Sequence record: NC_052656.1
Length of the DNA: 64,000 nt
Source of the DNA: Escherichia phage anhysbys
Reading direction: 5' to 3' (one strand)
In this document: piece after piece, positions 1 to 8,833 of the stretch
How positions within the stretch are numbered: the stretch's first letter is position 1
Layout of the letters: every line of letters starts with the position of its first letter
Made by a program: the position numbers and the translations under genes
Notes under the pieces: generated by a model
Databases searched by the model: none
What the model was told of the DNA's origin: nothing
What the model saw: only the letters and a program-made list of their open reading frames with translations

Positions 1-194
1 AGTATGATGGCAAGTTTCCGTGGGAGAAAGATGTTTGTGCCTGTGATTCAGCAGCACATGCCAAAGCAGCGGGTCAGGCAGTAGTTGACATGTATAACAA
101 CACCCCCTTTGATCCAGAAATGGCAGGTGTTACAATGAGCATGTTCACTTACTATTCTTTTGAGGTTTACTATCACGAAGGAGAGTGGAAATGA
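1..194 (+). CDS. hypothetical protein (5'-truncated at window edge)
   Basis: Frame open from position 3 to TGA at 192-194; stop overlaps next start (ATGA). Confidence 0.4.
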   Translation, partial: YDGKFPWEKDVCACDSAAHAKAAGQAVVDMYNNTPFDPEMAGVTMSMFTYYSFEVYYHEGEWK

Positions 195-511
195 GCGAAG
201 AGCTATTAACATTTTACCGCACGTATTTGGCATGGTTGGAAGCTGGTGCTCCTGAAGGTGAACCGTTCACCCGTTGCACAGGTTTGTGCACGAACCTCTA
301 TGATTTTTACGACATAGGAGAAAGCGAACGATACGAACCTGTACTGGATGAAATGCATGAGCAGTTCTACCTCAAAGGTTTGGTTATGGTGTTGCCTTTC
401 AACAGTAATTTTGGAAAGTACACCTTAGAAGCGGAAAAAGGCCGTTGTCATTTGAATGTGGATCGTGTGAACTGGGTAAAAGAACGTGTAGCAGAAGAAA
501 TAATTGGTTGA
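191..511 (+). CDS. hypothetical protein, paralog family 1 (C-terminal D-R-V-x-W-V-K-E-R-V motif)
   Basis: ORF track 185..511; ATG at 191 follows AGGAG; C-terminus aligns with ORFs at 3029 and 4334. Confidence 0.55.
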   Translation: MSEELLTFYRTYLAWLEAGAPEGEPFTRCTGLCTNLYDFYDIGESERYEPVLDEMHEQFYLKGLVMVLPFNSNFGKYTLEAEKGRCHLNVDRVNWVKERVAEEIIG

Positions 512-565
512 CAGAAGGATCTGTCTTTGTCATAATCGTCTCATCGAAACAGAGAGGAGAAAATC

Positions 566-979
566 ATGAAAAAGTTTATTTGCACCCGTTCCACTAACAG
601 TGATATCCTTGTAGGTAAAGTTATCAAAGGAGAACTCTTCCATGCAAACGGTAAGAAATATATTCTGCTGAAAGATTCTTTCAACGGGGAATATCCGCGC
701 TGCACTTTCTTCAATTACAATACTCCATTTGCTTTAGAAGGAGATGCTTGGGACTGGGCTGAACTTCATCCTTGTTGTGAGGAAGAAGAATCTATGTTCT
801 TAGGTTTAAACGTTTACCGTGTAGATTACACCATGTGCGGAGCGGAATATTCTGTTCGCGTAGAAGCCGAATCCAAACTACAAGCACCTTTCAAGGCGGG
901 ATTGACTTTGGGTCATTGTTTGGCAAACATTGAAGATGTTGTGATCCAAAGAGTTGTTTTAGAGAAAGAGGCTATTTGA
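566..979 (+). CDS. hypothetical protein
   Basis: 137-aa ORF, RBS gagaggagaaaatc upstream of ATG. Confidence 0.5.
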   Translation: MKKFICTRSTNSDILVGKVIKGELFHANGKKYILLKDSFNGEYPRCTFFNYNTPFALEGDAWDWAELHPCCEEEESMFLGLNVYRVDYTMCGAEYSVRVEAESKLQAPFKAGLTLGHCLANIEDVVIQRVVLEKEAI

Positions 980-1031
980 CAGAAGACGGTACAATATTTA
1001 AAATATAAAGATTAACCACAAAGGAGAGAAT

Positions 1032-1331
1032 ATGCAAGTTGAAGACCTGATCCACATTCTGAATAAAGCTAAAGAGAAGGGTGCTATCAAAGACTGGAAA
1101 CGTGAAACAAGTGAAGATTTATCTCATTGTTGCCGAGAATTTTACATCGAAGGTATTGCTGACGATCATTATACTATTGAATGGTATATCAACTTAATGA
1201 CTCTTAAGCACGGTTCATTTGAGGTTTGGTTTGATGATATTGATGTAAATGGTTTCCATCCTGGCTATAAAATCGCTATGCAGTTATCTTATCGTAGAGA
1301 AGTTGTAGCACATTTGGGTTTACATAACTAA
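1032..1331 (+). CDS. hypothetical protein
   Basis: 99-aa ORF preceded by aaaggagag RBS. Confidence 0.5.
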   Translation: MQVEDLIHILNKAKEKGAIKDWKRETSEDLSHCCREFYIEGIADDHYTIEWYINLMTLKHGSFEVWFDDIDVNGFHPGYKIAMQLSYRREVVAHLGLHN

Positions 1332-1341
1332 GGAGAAAAGA

Positions 1342-1665
1342 ATGCAAGCAGTTGTTAACGAAGCTATTATGAACTTATCCTTCTTGTTAGCTGGTTTAGG
1401 AGGTGTTCTCATAGGTTTGGCTCTTATCTGGTGTATTCGTCGATTAATCGGGTACCGACAAAAAGGTGTTTCATGTTTTGTATCTTACAATTTTACAACT
1501 GCTTACAGCAATGAGGTTGGATCTGGCAATGCTCAAGCATTTTTACCAACATATCCTCCTACGGTGGAAGATATTCGAAACTTGGAAGTAGAACTTATGG
1601 GACTAGGTGATAACTATACATCTCTAGTTATTCAAAATATTTTTCGACTAAAACAGGGGGCGTGA
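1342..1665 (+). CDS. hypothetical membrane protein
   Basis: 107-aa ORF; hydrophobic N-terminal segment LSFLLAGLGGVLIGLALIWCI. Confidence 0.45.
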   Translation: MQAVVNEAIMNLSFLLAGLGGVLIGLALIWCIRRLIGYRQKGVSCFVSYNFTTAYSNEVGSGNAQAFLPTYPPTVEDIRNLEVELMGLGDNYTSLVIQNIFRLKQGA

Positions 1666-1878
1666 ATGAAGGTATATTACCCTCATCCGTTTGATCCTAA
1701 AAACAAAGCCGTAATTCTTCGTCAGTGGCAACGGGTTTGTCGTACTAAATGTCCAATCAATAGCCCACACAATGTAGACAAGGACTATCTTGGGACATTT
1801 GTTGAATACACTTACATAGACAAAAACAAGCGTAAACAACATGTCGAGGAATACTGCTTAAGAGTAGAATGGCTGTAA
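1666..1878 (+). CDS. hypothetical protein
   Basis: 70-aa ORF, start overlaps previous stop. Confidence 0.4.
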   Translation: MKVYYPHPFDPKNKAVILRQWQRVCRTKCPINSPHNVDKDYLGTFVEYTYIDKNKRKQHVEEYCLRVEWL

Positions 1879-1890
1879 ATAATAAATACC

Positions 1891-1919
1891 TTGACAAGTG
1901 TTTATTCATTTTGTAAAGT
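1891..1919 (+). promoter_or_regulatory. sigma70-like promoter (TTGACA-17-TGnTAAAGT)
   Basis: TTGACA at 1891-1896, 17-nt spacer, TG-extended -10 TAAAGT at 1914-1919, upstream of recombinase gene. Confidence 0.4.
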
Positions 1920-1948
1920 GAGAATACAGCAATGGTTTAGGAGTGGTT

Positions 1949-2620
1949 ATGAAAAAGTTTGTTGTTTACAGTCGTCTTTCTAAACAGAAAAAAGGCGAGG
2001 CACAATATGGTATGGAGAGCCAAGAGAACGATATCCGTTACTTCTTAGACTCTGTGCCTGATGCGGAAGTTATTGGTCAATTTTCTGAATACTATTCGGG
2101 TAAGGGCGATTGGAAGCAACGTAAGGAACTGGTTAAAGCGGTTGAAATGTGTAAAGCTACCGGAGCAACTTTATTGGTAGCTAAAGTTGACCGCTTGGGT
2201 CGTAACAACGCCTCCGTAGCAACTCTTCTAGAAATGATTGATGTTAAGATAGCCATTATGCCAGATGCAGATAAAATGGTTATACAGCTTCTGTCTGTTC
2301 TGGCTGAACAAGAGGTTAGAGGTATTGCTGATCGTATTAAAAAGGGTCTTGCTGTAGCAAAAAGCAAAGGTGTTTTATTAGGCAGTGCTAATCCTAAAAC
2401 TGCCGCTGCACGTAGAAAAGGAAAAATGGAATACAACTCTGTTAAAGCAGACGCTTTTGCAGAGACATTTCGTGAACGTTTGGAGATCCTGAGAGATTTA
2501 AATACACCTTACAAAACTATTGCTGAAAAATTCAATAGTAAGAAAATAGCAACAGCACGTGGTGGTAAATGGGATGCTAAGACTGTTTCTCGTTTGTGTG
2601 CCAGACTGAACATTAAATAG
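1949..2620 (+). CDS. serine recombinase (resolvase/invertase family)
   Basis: N-terminal VVYSRLSKQ (catalytic Ser region), LLVAKVDRLGRN resolvase core motif, C-terminal HTH-like segment; RBS aggag before ATG 1949. Confidence 0.7.
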   Translation: MKKFVVYSRLSKQKKGEAQYGMESQENDIRYFLDSVPDAEVIGQFSEYYSGKGDWKQRKELVKAVEMCKATGATLLVAKVDRLGRNNASVATLLEMIDVKIAIMPDADKMVIQLLSVLAEQEVRGIADRIKKGLAVAKSKGVLLGSANPKTAAARRKGKMEYNSVKADAFAETFRERLEILRDLNTPYKTIAEKFNSKKIATARGGKWDAKTVSRLCARLNIK

Positions 2621-2628
2621 GAGAGGAT

Positions 2629-3051
2629 ATGAAACAAGAAAATGAATCTGTAGATCACTTAATCATGCTGTCAGCCCTTTTTGCAGGATGGGACGTATTT
2701 TTTGAAAATTTGTTCAATTCTGCTACAGATGGTTCCGATTTTATGCGCCAATTTAAACGACGAACTGTTGAGGACTATACCTTCTATTCAGGTCTGATTG
2801 AAAAAGGTTACGAAGATACAAATACAACACTCACCATTAAAGTTTTAGATGTGATGTTTAGTGTTATAGATGCTATCGACGAAAGTCTTCCGATCCTAGA
2901 CAATTGTAATACGAAAGCCTATGTTTACAAAATAGCTCGTGCTTATGTGTCTGCAAACAGTTGTCTTCTTTCCACCCAGATTGCCGTGAACAATCTTGCC
3001 AACTTGTTTGATGAAGGAGAAACTTTTTATGACAATCGATTTGAAGTGTAA
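2629..3051 (+). CDS. hypothetical protein
   Basis: 140-aa ORF with aggagaggat RBS. Confidence 0.45.
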   Translation: MKQENESVDHLIMLSALFAGWDVFFENLFNSATDGSDFMRQFKRRTVEDYTFYSGLIEKGYEDTNTTLTIKVLDVMFSVIDAIDESLPILDNCNTKAYVYKIARAYVSANSCLLSTQIAVNNLANLFDEGETFYDNRFEV

Positions 3052-3394
3052 GAGGATTCTTTTAGATTTCTATAATAATTGGTTAGAACACCTCCGTCTC
3101 TTTCCAAGAGAAAGTGGTTACGCTGATGTTGGCTTATGCCGAGGTCTGCGTATGTATATAAGCGATGAATTTCGGGCAGAGCATTCTTTAGCATATTCTG
3201 TTTATGGTATGCAATTAGCCAGTTTTGAAAACGCTGGCTTAGATACAACTTTCCCATTTAACACAGCAAAATCTTTTGAGCAAGAGTGTAAGGAAAAACG
3301 TTGTATGTTTAATGAAAAACGTGTACAGTGGGTTAAGGATCGAGTTAAACAACTGGAACAAGAGTTGGATTTCTTTTATGACGAGGCAGAATAA
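3029..3394 (+). CDS. hypothetical protein, paralog family 1
   Basis: ATG 3029 after gaaggag; shares FY..WLE / GLC / KRVQWVKDRV motifs with ORFs at 191 and 4334. Confidence 0.5.
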   Translation: MTIDLKCKRILLDFYNNWLEHLRLFPRESGYADVGLCRGLRMYISDEFRAEHSLAYSVYGMQLASFENAGLDTTFPFNTAKSFEQECKEKRCMFNEKRVQWVKDRVKQLEQELDFFYDEAE

Positions 3395-3666
3395 TGGATA
3401 GACAAACCTTAAAAACAATGGCAGATGCTACTAATTCTCCGTACTTTGAAAAAGTAAGTAAATTGGTAGCTCAAGCCGCAGAGGAAGGATATTATAACAT
3501 AAACATCCACAACCCAAGTCTTATACTAGAAATGCCAAGTGATAAAAAGATACAAGAGAGTATCTGTGAAGGTATTGTTAGTTACTGGCGCGAGCGTGGG
3601 TGTGGTGCAAACATGGCTTTAGACAGTGCAAACATTGTAAGATATATAAATATTTCTTGGGGGTGA
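3394..3666 (+). CDS. hypothetical protein
   Basis: 90-aa ORF. Confidence 0.45.
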   Translation: MDRQTLKTMADATNSPYFEKVSKLVAQAAEEGYYNINIHNPSLILEMPSDKKIQESICEGIVSYWRERGCGANMALDSANIVRYINISWG

Positions 3667-3670
3667 TTTT

Positions 3671-4282
3671 ATGATTCAATGCACTCATATCCAAATTACT
3701 TGGAGAGATGAACTTTACCATTTGGGACAATTTACTGTAGGGGAAACATACCCTATCATTAAACATAATCCTAACATCGCAAACTTTGACAGGATGGTTC
3801 TTGTTGAGGACGATCTAGGTCAAACTTATTCTTTAGATCTAAAATATCCGTTTTCTTACGGCTACGATTGGATCGTTACTTTTGAAGACGCGGAGGAAAA
3901 TAAAACAATGAACGAAAAAAATTCTTGGTATTATCGTTGCGAACTGCCGCCAGTAGGTGAAAAGGTTATCTTTGTTCCCGATTTGGAAAGATATTCTTGG
4001 GATAGTTCTTATTCTGTTCCTAAAGAAGGCACCGAAGTTGAAGTTATTGCACATCGCACAACTTCGCATGGTAACGACGTAGCAGTTGTTTTCTGGGATG
4101 ATGAAGGTGCTGCTTGTGCAGGTGGCTTTGTTGCAGGTAATTTTGAACCCCTGCCAGATCCTCTGAAGGAGGCAATTTTAGGCGTAGCTTCTTTTGGACT
4201 CTCTTACACGTCTGCACAAGAGATTGTAGAAGGTATTTTAAACGGTACCGTTCCAAACGAAATTTTCAAACAGATTAAATAA
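3671..4282 (+). CDS. hypothetical protein
   Basis: 203-aa ORF. Confidence 0.5.
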   Translation: MIQCTHIQITWRDELYHLGQFTVGETYPIIKHNPNIANFDRMVLVEDDLGQTYSLDLKYPFSYGYDWIVTFEDAEENKTMNEKNSWYYRCELPPVGEKVIFVPDLERYSWDSSYSVPKEGTEVEVIAHRTTSHGNDVAVVFWDDEGAACAGGFVAGNFEPLPDPLKEAILGVASFGLSYTSAQEIVEGILNGTVPNEIFKQIK

Positions 4283-4287
4283 CAGTT

Positions 4288-4313
4288 GCACCCCGTTCTT
4301 CGGGGTGTTATTG
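4288..4313 (+). terminator. intrinsic terminator-like hairpin
   Basis: GCACCCCG-ttctt-CGGGGTG stem-loop followed by T-rich tract. Confidence 0.45.
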
Positions 4314-4333
4314 TATACGTAAAGGAGGAGATA

Positions 4334-4672
4334 ATGTATTACACTGAAGACTACATACTGTATAACTTTTTTAAAGGCTGGTTGGAATGGGCGGAAAAAG
4401 CTCCTGTTGGAGATTGTGTTTTTCCTTGGGACTCTCGTCAAGGTTTGTGTCGTTGTTTGGAAGACTGGCTTATAACCACAAGCTACAACTCAGAAACTAA
4501 GAAATCTACATCACAAAGGTTAAAAATTTTATTTGAAGAAGATGGTTTAGATCCAATTTATCCTTTCGGTGAGGAAAGTTTCCACAATGGTCTTTTCCTT
4601 GGCACTCAACATTATGATAAAGATCGTGTAGATTGGGTAAAAGAAAAGGTAGCACAGTATGAATGGGGTTAA
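4334..4672 (+). CDS. hypothetical protein, paralog family 1
   Basis: ATG 4334 after aaggagg; C-terminal DKDRVDWVKEKV motif shared with ORFs at 191 and 3029. Confidence 0.5.
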   Translation: MYYTEDYILYNFFKGWLEWAEKAPVGDCVFPWDSRQGLCRCLEDWLITTSYNSETKKSTSQRLKILFEEDGLDPIYPFGEESFHNGLFLGTQHYDKDRVDWVKEKVAQYEWG

Positions 4673-4862
4673 GAATTATCACCGCTGGTTACAAAGCTAT
4701 CTTAAGAAATGTGAACTTGGTGTTCCAGGTTATACTTACGACACAGACGAGATCCTTGATGAAATGGAAGTTTGGTTTAAAGAACCTCGTGAGCTATTGG
4801 CAAATATTCTAATGGCTTGGGATGGTACGGCACAAAGCATCGAAGGGGGTAGAAATGAGTAA
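4659..4862 (+). CDS. hypothetical protein
   Basis: 67-aa ORF. Confidence 0.4.
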   Translation: MNGVKNYHRWLQSYLKKCELGVPGYTYDTDEILDEMEVWFKEPRELLANILMAWDGTAQSIEGGRNE

Positions 4863-5006
4863 GAAATTGTTTAATATTCGTGAGAATCGTGATGGATCGT
4901 TCTCTGTAGTCAATGAATTTAACGTTTCGGTTGGGACTTTTATTACTAAACGTCAAGCAGAACAAGTAAGAGATACTTTAAACAAGTAAATTTTTAAGGG
5001 GGACTT

Positions 5007-5426
5007 ATGTTAGGTAAGATCAAAGCTTTTTTCAAACGTATTGTTGAAGGAAGTCCAACAGAAGGTGCATTAGGAAGATCTCTAACAGGAGAACCACTTG
5101 CCATAATTTCTATCAGTCGGCATGGCGGATATTCCATTCGACAAACACCTTTAGGTATAAAAGGTAGTATGCTTTCTTGGACAATATCTCAAGTTGGTGA
5201 TAACAGACTTGCAGCTATAGCATTGCTTCGTGGGGAGTATGACTATTGTTTATCAGCATCTTGTAAAAAGCACCTCATAGAGCACATTAGAGACAGAGTA
5301 GAAAGAGAAGGCGGATACTTCTTCGAAACTAAGAGAAACGAACAAGGAACTCTTGACTTCACTAAGGTTTACTGGGACAATCATACTCGTCAAACTGTTG
5401 AACAACTTCTGGAGGAAAGATGTTAA
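5007..5426 (+). CDS. hypothetical protein
   Basis: 139-aa ORF with aagggggac RBS. Confidence 0.45.
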   Translation: MLGKIKAFFKRIVEGSPTEGALGRSLTGEPLAIISISRHGGYSIRQTPLGIKGSMLSWTISQVGDNRLAAIALLRGEYDYCLSASCKKHLIEHIRDRVEREGGYFFETKRNEQGTLDFTKVYWDNHTRQTVEQLLEERC

Positions 5427-5629
5427 AAGCTTTTGCTGTATACTCTACTGTAGGATTCTTTTATTGGATTATAGTTATTGTCGGATGTTGGTTAGGTTCT
5501 TGTGTTGTGATGGGAGAATGGTTAACATACAACGTATTTGAATGGGATGTAGTTTGTAGATCATTACTTGTTATATGGACTGCTATTGTTTGTTGGACAA
5601 CTGTTAGTCTAACATTGGATCTATACTGA
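5420..5629 (+). CDS. hypothetical membrane protein
   Basis: 69-aa ORF, two hydrophobic segments. Confidence 0.4.
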   Translation: MLKAFAVYSTVGFFYWIIVIVGCWLGSCVVMGEWLTYNVFEWDVVCRSLLVIWTAIVCWTTVSLTLDLY

Positions 5630-5638
5630 TTAATAGAT

Positions 5639-5667
5639 GGTAGATAGATGATCATAGTTTATCTACC
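5639..5667. repeat. inverted repeat GGTAGATA / TATCTACC (8-bp arms, 13-nt spacer)
   Basis: Perfect 8-bp inverted repeat directly after the stop of the 5420..5629 ORF. Confidence 0.6.
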
Positions 5668-5797
5668 TTCACTTACGTTTCATACCTCACTATCGTGAGT
5701 AACATGAAACATTATTATATAGAAATCTACTACTCGCTATCGCTCGTAAACATATGTTTAGGGTACCATATTTTTTTGAAAAAGTCAATGCTGATTC

Positions 5798-5867
5798 ACC
5801 TATCAATTATCTGTTTAAGATAAGTCTTACCTATCAATCTAACTCTTAACTAGTATTGCACCTATAG
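5798..5867. repeat. three phased direct repeats ACCTAT(C/A) at about 31-bp spacing
   Basis: ACCTATCA at 5798 and 5829, ACCTATAG at 5860, inside a 360-bp non-coding AT-rich region. Confidence 0.5.
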
Positions 5868-5922
5868 TAAGATTATTCCTATGGTTATTAACCCTCTTCT
5901 TCTATAGAATGTAATTAGATCC

Positions 5923-5952
5923 TTGACAAACTCACAAAACTTGTGTTACATT
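5923..5952 (+). promoter_or_regulatory. sigma70-like promoter
   Basis: TTGACA at 5923-5928, 17/18-nt spacer, TTACAT/TACATT -10, about 40 nt before the ORF at 5990. Confidence 0.45.
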
Positions 5953-5989
5953 GTGTCTCACAGGTGAATAATACCGAACAGGAGGAAGA

Positions 5990-6205
5990 ATGAGTTCCAA
6001 TTTTCTATACAAAGCAAAAGATTCACGAGATGGAGAGAAACATTGGTGGTTGATCACAGGAGATGGTGTTATCATCCTACCGTGGGACGGAGAGACAAAA
6101 GTTCAAATACTGGAGAAAGTAAAAGGTGTTAGTTTTAATGTTAGTCATGACATAACAACTTTCAAAGCTTTTGCAATGAATCCCAGTCTTGTTGCTGAAT
6201 GGTAA
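5990..6205 (+). CDS. hypothetical protein
   Basis: 71-aa ORF with aggagg RBS. Confidence 0.5.
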   Translation: MSSNFLYKAKDSRDGEKHWWLITGDGVIILPWDGETKVQILEKVKGVSFNVSHDITTFKAFAMNPSLVAEW

Positions 6206-6437
6206 TCCAGGAGAAAATATGACTAAAATGTATGCAGCCGTTGATAAGCTGGATGGGTCTGATTCTGTTTTTATTTTGAATAAAATGGGTGTCTTAGTTT
6301 ATGCCCGAACTTCTCAAAACATAGAGCACCAAGTGGAAGCAGCACAAATTTTAGAGCAAATAACCCCTCCATACCTATACTCAAATGTTGAGCGTTTTAA
6401 CGATGCACTTGGTTTGACGTTAATAGCGGAATGGTAA
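6189..6437 (+). CDS. hypothetical protein
   Basis: 82-aa ORF. Confidence 0.45.
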   Translation: MLLNGNPGENMTKMYAAVDKLDGSDSVFILNKMGVLVYARTSQNIEHQVEAAQILEQITPPYLYSNVERFNDALGLTLIAEW

Positions 6438-6637
6438 TAATGGCGAAAATGTTGAAAATTGATAATGTCGTAACAATCACTACGTCTATACCTTGTCCTC
6501 CTATGCCTTGCCCCTATTGTGGTGGTGCAGGATATGTTATGGCGGATGTAGGTCAAATTTACGAGTGTAACCCGTGCAAAACCACAGGTTATATCCAAAT
6601 AGAATCAGAGGAGAAACACTATGAGCCAAAACGCTAA
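6431..6637 (+). CDS. hypothetical zinc-ribbon protein
   Basis: CPYCGG ... CNPCKTTG cysteine pairs. Confidence 0.4.
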   Translation: MVIMAKMLKIDNVVTITTSIPCPPMPCPYCGGAGYVMADVGQIYECNPCKTTGYIQIESEEKHYEPKR

Positions 6638-7070
6638 AGAAAAAGAAGTAATCACGGTAATCCGTCAGATGGAAGGTGCCGAAAACAATGCTTTTGTTAC
6701 TAAGATTCTTCTTAATATCTTTGAAGATGTTATTTTAAACAACCCTGGTCATAAAGATTATCAGTATGATGTTATGATGGGTGCTTTACTTGAGATTAAC
6801 AAAAACACTTTTGCTGAATATGAGCAACACATGCTTTTACCAGAGGAAGATCAGGATTATTTGTTATCTGGTGCTTTAAGTGCACAAGAAAATTTCTACC
6901 ACGTTCTTAATATGGCTTATGCAGATGAACTTGCTGTTTCCCTTGAAGAGCGGATTCAAATGGTTCGTGACGTAATGAATGAACAAATCCAAGAAGTTGA
7001 AGACTTGGTAGCAGAACCTTTAGCAGAAATTCGTGCAGCTATTGAAAAACAAAAAGGAACTCAATCATGA
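6621..7070 (+). CDS. hypothetical protein
   Basis: 149-aa ORF. Confidence 0.5.
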   Translation: MSQNAKEKEVITVIRQMEGAENNAFVTKILLNIFEDVILNNPGHKDYQYDVMMGALLEINKNTFAEYEQHMLLPEEDQDYLLSGALSAQENFYHVLNMAYADELAVSLEERIQMVRDVMNEQIQEVEDLVAEPLAEIRAAIEKQKGTQS

Positions 7071-7234
7071 TGCAAGTAGGTGATGTGGTTTGTCTTAAAG
7101 GTGCAAACAAACAAATGACAGTAATAGAAAGTTATGGTGAATCTTGTAAAGTAACTTGGTTCGATGAAAACGGGGAATTGCAACACGCCATATTCGATCA
7201 AAAAGCTTTGAGGAAGGTTGAAGAAAAAGAATGA
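7067..7234 (+). CDS. hypothetical small protein (55 aa)
   Basis: ATG 7067 to TGA 7232-7234, below the ORF-track size cutoff; fills the gap between flanking genes. Confidence 0.35.
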   Translation: MMQVGDVVCLKGANKQMTVIESYGESCKVTWFDENGELQHAIFDQKALRKVEEKE

Positions 7235-7494
7235 GCCATCCGTCAATATTTTTCTGTTTTGTAGATCTTGAAAACGAGTCTTTAATCGTTGATAGTGAGG
7301 GTTACTTCACTTATTGGGAATCCGAGCACGAAACTATAAGTGTAGTGAAAGAAATTATGCAAACCAATCCAAGCCTACCAGCGCATAAGTACGGTATTGC
7401 AAAAGTGTTTGTTACTAAAACAGAGTACACAAAAGAGCGAAGCACTTTGTACCATAATATTGAAGTGATTCACTATTTCAAAGATGTTATTTAG
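7231..7494 (+). CDS. hypothetical protein
   Basis: 87-aa ORF. Confidence 0.45.
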   Translation: MSHPSIFFCFVDLENESLIVDSEGYFTYWESEHETISVVKEIMQTNPSLPAHKYGIAKVFVTKTEYTKERSTLYHNIEVIHYFKDVI

Positions 7495-7502
7495 GAGGTT
7501 AT

Positions 7503-8111
7503 ATGGAAGAGAAGATTTGGGATGGTAAAGATCCTTTAGAAGTTGGACACGTAGCGCGTGTCAAAAAATCTACTACAGGTCCTGGTTTTTCTGGTTTGTA
7601 TCATATACCAGAAGAAGGTCAGCACGTTACAATTTTGGCTCGTGACAAACAAAACGGAGCAACGCCTGTGTGGATTGTTCGTTGGTATGACAAAGATCTT
7701 AACATTTGCTTGTCACCTATTATGGCTCATTTGCTGGAAGCCCCTTGCTCTGAAGAAGCTCTAATTTTTGTTTCGGCTTTTCAGAAAGCCACAGGTTTAA
7801 CATTAGATGCAAAAGATGTGCAAAAAGCATTTGACATTATTCAGGAAGACAACGATACTACATCTAACGACGAACTGGTTGAAGTTACAATCTTATCTTC
7901 AGCAGATATCCGAGAGATTGATAATTGTGATTTTCCAATCACATTTAAAATGTCGCAGAAAGACATGCAGTCATCTGGAAGTTGTTTTGGTATACCTCGT
8001 TGGTTTTTTGATTCTATCAAAAATTCTACTACAGAGGGATCAGACTATGATCAAGATGACGTGCTTTGGTTCTTAAAAAACCGAGAGATTGTTCTCTCAC
8101 CACTTAAATAA
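7503..8111 (+). CDS. hypothetical protein
   Basis: 202-aa ORF with aggagg RBS. Confidence 0.5.
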   Translation: MEEKIWDGKDPLEVGHVARVKKSTTGPGFSGLYHIPEEGQHVTILARDKQNGATPVWIVRWYDKDLNICLSPIMAHLLEAPCSEEALIFVSAFQKATGLTLDAKDVQKAFDIIQEDNDTTSNDELVEVTILSSADIREIDNCDFPITFKMSQKDMQSSGSCFGIPRWFFDSIKNSTTEGSDYDQDDVLWFLKNREIVLSPLK

Positions 8112-8231
8112 GGAGAAATAATGGTTTCATTTATCGTAGGTGTAGTTGTAGGCTATCTTATTAACAAATATCAAGACGTTATCACGGCAAAAGTAAAAGA
8201 CATTTTAGACTCATCTAAATAATCTATCAAA

Positions 8232-8259
8232 GCTGCATCTTCAATAGGTGCAGCCTTTT
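8232..8259 (+). terminator. intrinsic terminator
   Basis: GCTGCA ... TGCAGC stem-loop followed by CTTTT. Confidence 0.45.
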
Positions 8260-8274
8260 AAAAGGAGATATGGC

Positions 8275-8448
8275 ATGACTAAACGCACTGATTTTAAATG
8301 TATGCATTGTGGGAAATCTTTTGGGGATCATCAAGCTCGCACATTCAACTGTCCACGTAAAGGTCGCGGAAATTTTAAAGGTTTTAATCCCGCACATGTT
8401 TATTCTCCAGATTACGATAAGCCAGAAGAAGAAAAATTTGTTATTTAA
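8275..8448 (+). CDS. hypothetical Cys-rich small protein
   Basis: ATG 8275 after aaaggag; CMHCG ... FNCPRKG. Confidence 0.45.
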   Translation: MTKRTDFKCMHCGKSFGDHQARTFNCPRKGRGNFKGFNPAHVYSPDYDKPEEEKFVI

Positions 8449-8460
8449 TAAGGAGGTCAT

Positions 8461-8742
8461 ATGGAACTCGTTCAAGAATTGTATAATGCTTTAGGAGCAA
8501 AAGGAAAAGATTGGCCCGAACATGCGCTTATTGCTATAAGAGACTCCGATGGTGAGATTAAGTTTTCAAGCGTAAGTAAAGAGCACATCGTAGAAACAAA
8601 ACTGGGTATTTACATGCGTGGAACTTATTGCTTATTCAACACCAGAATGGTAGAAGCCCCTGTTATCGAGGATGGAACAAAAGATTGCCCCACAATCGTA
8701 ACAAAATCTGAATATGAGAAGTTTTTCTACGCTAAGGCTTGA
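8461..8742 (+). CDS. hypothetical protein
   Basis: 93-aa ORF with aaggagg RBS. Confidence 0.5.
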   Translation: MELVQELYNALGAKGKDWPEHALIAIRDSDGEIKFSSVSKEHIVETKLGIYMRGTYCLFNTRMVEAPVIEDGTKDCPTIVTKSEYEKFFYAKA

Positions 8743-8787
8743 CACAGAAACAATACTATAGGATAGTGATCCTATCGTAGCAATAGA

Positions 8788-8808
8788 ACCCGCTTCGGCG
8801 GGTTTTTT
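8788..8808 (+). terminator. intrinsic terminator (UUCG tetraloop)
   Basis: ACCCGC-TTCG-GCGGGT followed by TTTTTT. Confidence 0.7.
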
Positions 8809-8833
8809 CATATCTGTAGCAATAGGAGGTCGT

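Noticed and set aside
48-233. Minus-strand 61-aa ORF at the window start
   Set aside because: It overlaps the end of a plus-strand gene and the start of the next; no RBS and antisense composition.
1949-2620. Integrated prophage or transposon boundary marked by the serine recombinase
   Set aside because: No att-like direct repeats, no host-like flanking genes and no compositional shift; the whole window looks like lytic-phage genome.
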